From an uncultured Chloroflexia bacterium (lineage in GTDB: Bacteria; Chloroflexota; Chloroflexia; Thermomicrobiales; UBA6265), in contig CAVRUC010000008.1 of NCBI GenBank assembly GCA_963724295.1, forward strand, positions 32,001 to 96,000: DNA of 64,000 nucleotides, given 5' to 3'. Position 1 is the first letter of the stretch. The number at the start of each line of letters is the position of its first letter. Under the pieces are notes generated by a model that had not been told where the DNA came from, did no database searches, and was given only the letters and a program-made list of their open reading frames with translations. The translations under genes and the position numbers were made by a program. Shown here in pieces: positions 60,694 through 64,000 of this stretch.

Positions 60694-62442
60694 TTAGCCG
60701 ACTCGCACTGAGCGCTGCGGCCAGCCGGTCGCACCATTCGGCAGGGGTGGGTTGTATTCCTCCGGCGCGACGTTGCCCTCGCCATCGGTCGCCCGCATCA
60801 GGATATTCGCGGCCGCCCCGCTCGCCTCGAACGGGAACACCCAGCGCACCCAGGTGAAATCGGGGTTGATCGATGGCTCCAGGGTGGCGTCGGCCCAGGT
60901 CGCACCTTCATCGAGGCTGATCTCCACCCGGAAGATGCCGCGATTCCCGGCCGCGGCCACCCCGGCCGCGATCGCCGGCCCAGCCGGGATCTGCTCGCCC
61001 TGCGCCGGGGTGTCGATGCGACCCCAGATCTGGTACGGGGCGGGATCACTCCAACCGCGTGTCTGCCAGTAACCCTGGTAGTCATTGTCGACGGCTTCGA
61101 TCCGCTCGACCCACTTGACGTTCTTCATCCCGTAGATTGGCGGGACGATCAACCGCGCCGGGAACCCGTGATCCGGCGGCAGCGGCTCGCCGTTCATGCC
61201 GGTCACCAGCAGCGTCGTCGGATGCATCGCCTGCGCCAATGGGATCGAGTCGTCATAGCCGTCGGCAGCGCGGAAGACGATGTCGACCGCCTTCGGATCT
61301 ACCCCGGCTTCCTCCAGCAGCTCGCGCAAGGGGAGACCGGTCCACTCCGCGGTCCCGGCCAGGTCCCCGTTCAGCTCATTGGAGATACACGACAGTGTCG
61401 TGATGTTCTGCGTCCTGGCGCGGGCGACGATATCGTCATAAGAGAAGCTCAGGGGCCTGGCGACCAGACCGTCGATCGTCAGCGACCACGAGGCGCCATC
61501 GACCACGGGATCAGAGATGTTCTTGGAAACGTGGTAGAAGTCCGCCACCGAGGTAATGACCGGGGTCAGCTTTCCTTCCGCCTCGAGCTCGGCAAACGGC
61601 TCCTCGGGACTCGGATCCCATTGAGCGAGCACTTCGTCGGGGGCGTCCGGGGCAAGATCTGGCGACTCAGCGCCAGCCGACGTCGCGGGCGCCGCGCCTG
61701 CCGCGGCCGGCGCACCGTCGCGGGCACGCGCCGCGATCTCGGCCGCGGCCTGTTGCCGGGCCTCGACATCGCCGGCCGAGGGCGCCTTCGCCAGCTGCCA
61801 GCCGAGGTAGCCGACCCCGGCCGCCAACCCGGCCGCGGCCAGGCTGCGCAGCGCCGAGCGGCGTGAGACGCTCGCATCGGCAGCCGTAGGCGCTGCCACG
61901 GTCTCGGGCGCCGGGAGCGGTGCTCTGCCGATCGCCGTCCACGCCAGGGCCCAGACAACGGCAAAAAGCGCCGCCTGGGCCAGCAGCGTGCCTTGATTGA
62001 CACTACCCGCCGCGAAAAACCCTTCCCGCGCCAGGGGGAAAATTCCAACGGCGATGATCAGAAACAGGACGGCGCCCATGGCGATCCCGGCACTGAGCCG
62101 TCCCGTGGCACCCCTGCCGAAGCGCCCTAAGCGGACCAACTGGCCGGCGATCTGACCCGCCCAATACCCCATGCCAACCACGCCAACCAGGACAATCGCC
62201 CAGAGCGTGTTCTGCGCCAGACTGCCGAACGATTCCGTGGCCCAGCCAAATACCGCGGTCGGTGTGAGGCGCGCAATGGCCGCGACCACCGTCTCGGGAA
62301 TTGATTGCGCTCCGGTCGGGGCCAGCGTTACCCGCCAGAGCAAGTCGAGGAACAACACCAGCAACGCCGCAAGTGCCCCGCTGCGTCCATCAGACGCGGC
62401 GTGGTTCGAGATGGCGCGGGAGGATGATGCGTGCGTGGACAT
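60694..62442 (-). CDS. Membrane-anchored molybdopterin oxidoreductase (sulfite oxidase family)
   Basis: N-terminal TM helices, internal SRRSAL twin-arginine, FYHVSK, TLSCISN Mo-ligand Cys, MNGEPLPPDHGFPARL..YGMKNVKW, Ig-like dimer domain. Confidence 0.9.
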   Translation of the reverse strand: MSTHASSSRAISNHAASDGRSGALAALLVLFLDLLWRVTLAPTGAQSIPETVVAAIARLTPTAVFGWATESFGSLAQNTLWAIVLVGVVGMGYWAGQIAGQLVRLGRFGRGATGRLSAGIAMGAVLFLIIAVGIFPLAREGFFAAGSVNQGTLLAQAALFAVVWALAWTAIGRAPLPAPETVAAPTAADASVSRRSALRSLAAAGLAAGVGYLGWQLAKAPSAGDVEARQQAAAEIAARARDGAPAAAGAAPATSAGAESPDLAPDAPDEVLAQWDPSPEEPFAELEAEGKLTPVITSVADFYHVSKNISDPVVDGASWSLTIDGLVARPLSFSYDDIVARARTQNITTLSCISNELNGDLAGTAEWTGLPLRELLEEAGVDPKAVDIVFRAADGYDDSIPLAQAMHPTTLLVTGMNGEPLPPDHGFPARLIVPPIYGMKNVKWVERIEAVDNDYQGYWQTRGWSDPAPYQIWGRIDTPAQGEQIPAGPAIAAGVAAAGNRGIFRVEISLDEGATWADATLEPSINPDFTWVRWVFPFEASGAAANILMRATDGEGNVAPEEYNPPLPNGATGWPQRSVRVG

Positions 62443-62580
62443 GGAACTTTTCCTCCGGTCGCGAGAATCTGACGGTTTTCGCGAGTAGTCGGGATTGCCG
62501 TGGACAATGGTACGCCCGCACCGCTATCGCGTGCCTCTACGCACTAGTACGGTTCGTTGAAGACATTGGATCATTACAGG

Positions 62581-62687
62581 GTGAGTCGGTAAGTCGGTAA
62601 GTCGGTAAGTCGAGTCGTGAGTCGTGAGTCGTGAGTCGTAAGAAGACTAATAGCCAACAGCCGTTAGCCGATAGCCCTCGTCACAAG
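62581..62687. repeat. Compound short tandem repeat: (AGTCGGTA)n + (GAGTCGT)n + (TAGCCNN)n, copy 2
   Basis: GTGAGTCGGTAAGTCGGTAAGTCGGTAAGTC GAGTCGT x4, then TAGCCAA CAGCCGT TAGCCGA TAGCC. Confidence 0.75.
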
Positions 62688-62714
62688 CCCGACCGGGCTC
62701 CGCTCCTAGCGCAT

Positions 62715-62897
62715 TCAGCACCCGGGCTGGCCGTGGTTGCCACAGCAGTTCTGCCGCAGCACGACGCGATGCCAAAGATTCCGCGCCGCCATGCGCAGCT
62801 TGGTCGCGAACGGTGCGTCGTAGTCCGACCAATTGGAGATCACCGCTCCAATCGATGGCCGATCGCCATTTCCGCCGGAACCGCTGCCCGCGCACAT
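62715..62897 (-). CDS. Small Cys-rich protein ending CCGNHGQPGC
   Basis: AAGGGGGG RBS 7 nt before ATG; starts 39 nt after the regulator stop; clustered C-terminal Cys/His. Confidence 0.65.
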   Translation of the reverse strand: MCAGSGSGGNGDRPSIGAVISNWSDYDAPFATKLRMAARNLWHRVVLRQNCCGNHGQPGC

Positions 62898-62936
62898 CGC
62901 GTAGCCCCCCTTGTGGTTTCCAGCCGAGCTCGGGCC

Positions 62937-63692
62937 TCAGGCTGAAGGTGCGCCGGCGACAAGACTATCGTCGCGAAGATCCGGACACCTGCCGGAGCTC
63001 GACTGCCCCTCATCTGCCTCGTGCGCCTGTACCGTCGAGATGAGCACCTGATCGAGGAACTGATTGATCTCGGCGTAGAGGCGGATCGCGCGCTTCGCGG
63101 CCAGGCCCTGCTCGTCGATGAGCGCGGTGACAGCCCGCACGACCGGGTACCGGAAGTAGATGAACGCTTCGATCGTTTCCGACGCTGACAACCCATGAGT
63201 AGCGCCATTGCGACCGTAGTGCTCGCCGATCTGGCGTGCCTCGTCTAGCAGCGACGTGCGGTCACCAGCAGCCGAGGGAGCCGATGCGTATCGCATCGCG
63301 AGATCGACGAGCCGCCGGCCAAGACGCCGGTGCTCCTCCTGAGTTGACGCACCGTAGGCACGAAACCAGGGGCGCTCGCGCGCGACGCGGAGATAGTCGT
63401 CCTCATACCCGGAGAGCGAGCGATCGGTCAGCGTCTGACGTGAGACGCGCGGCCGCTCCTGCAATCGTGGTCCCTCACCGACGAGGGCCCGCAAATCGGC
63501 TTCGGCATAGCGACGGTGGCCGCCGGGAGTACGGAAGACTGGGACCTTGCCGGTGTCGCTCCAACGGCGCAGGGTGCTCTGATCGACGCCGAGGAACGCA
63601 CACGCCTCGTGGATCGTCAGCCAGCGGCCACCCGACGGCTCGAGCCCTGCCGTCTCGTCGCGGTGGCTTCCCGCTGTCCGCTCACGGGGCAT
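62937..63692 (-). CDS. BldC/excisionase-like (MerR superfamily HTH_17) regulator with a helical, possibly globin-like, C-terminal sensor domain
   Basis: WLTIHEACAFLGVDQSTLRRWSD.GK..FRTPGGHRRY; GGAGG RBS before ATG 63692. Confidence 0.82.
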   Translation of the reverse strand: MPRERTAGSHRDETAGLEPSGGRWLTIHEACAFLGVDQSTLRRWSDTGKVPVFRTPGGHRRYAEADLRALVGEGPRLQERPRVSRQTLTDRSLSGYEDDYLRVARERPWFRAYGASTQEEHRRLGRRLVDLAMRYASAPSAAGDRTSLLDEARQIGEHYGRNGATHGLSASETIEAFIYFRYPVVRAVTALIDEQGLAAKRAIRLYAEINQFLDQVLISTVQAHEADEGQSSSGRCPDLRDDSLVAGAPSA

Positions 63693-63949
63693 GTGCGTCC
63701 TCCCGGCTCCCGGCGCGCTCGAGGGTGCGGTCGGGACGATGGGTCCGCTATGGCGACTCGCCAGCGAATCCGCCATGCTGTTTGAAGCCGCGCCAGTGTA
63801 CATAGCGGCCACGACCTGTCAACTGGACGATGTTGGATGTCGGAGGTCGGAAGTGAGTCGAGGGTATTGAAGTGACGCGGCGACGGCGCTGGCTACAATC
63901 CCTGCACGATGATTCGCAGTGGACGGCGGAAGAGCAGGAGCATGCCGGC

Positions 63950-64000
63950 GTGACCGACGAGCTGAACTTCATGACCGCGCGAGAATTGGCGCGGCGCATC
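63950..64000 (+). CDS. Probable amidase family protein, 5' end only
   Basis: AGGAG RBS then GTG; MTDELNFMTARELARRI resembles amidase-signature family N-termini; only 17 codons visible. Confidence 0.5.
   Translation, partial: MTDELNFMTARELARRI

Noticed and set aside
62581..62687. Possible CRISPR array
   Set aside because: Units are 7-8 nt, abut directly with no unique spacers, and there are no cas genes
62937..63692. Prophage excisionase
   Set aside because: No integrase, att site or phage genes nearby; the long C-terminal domain fits a transcription regulator

Overview
High-GC (roughly two-thirds by eye) bacterial chromosomal segment. It is most consistent with Chloroflexota, probably Thermomicrobiales; this is an inference from gene content, a GAAC-N4-GTTC LexA box, CIRCE/hrcA and AQDATP-type secreted proteins. 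The window is mostly housekeeping and catabolic: aminotransferase, sugar-acid dehydratase/aldolase cluster, chrA, glnA, a GntR-controlled sugar ABC operon with an exported GalM, smc, deaD, mscL, CIRCE-hrcA-grpE-dnaK, folB-folE-folP-folK and glgX. An accessory island of about 10.5 kb (47.9-58.4 kb) carries glycan-modifying genes, most of them decaying. The most notable items are: (1) a two-subunit molybdenum storage protein (MoSto) operon with modA/modB but no modC and no nif genes in the window; (2) a 61-aa in-frame N+C-terminal fusion of IMP dehydrogenase that keeps an RBS; (3) a Rad52/Rad22-like annealing gene with a perfect LexA box inside its promoter; (4) a BldC/Xis-like regulator, a Cys-rich 60-aa peptide (possible C-terminal Cys-Sec) and a membrane Mo-oxidoreductase in tandem; (5) a Tat-exported Gly-rich repeat protein. 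I saw no rRNA, tRNA, CRISPR array, integrase or transposase. All family calls come from motifs recognised by eye, not from database searches.
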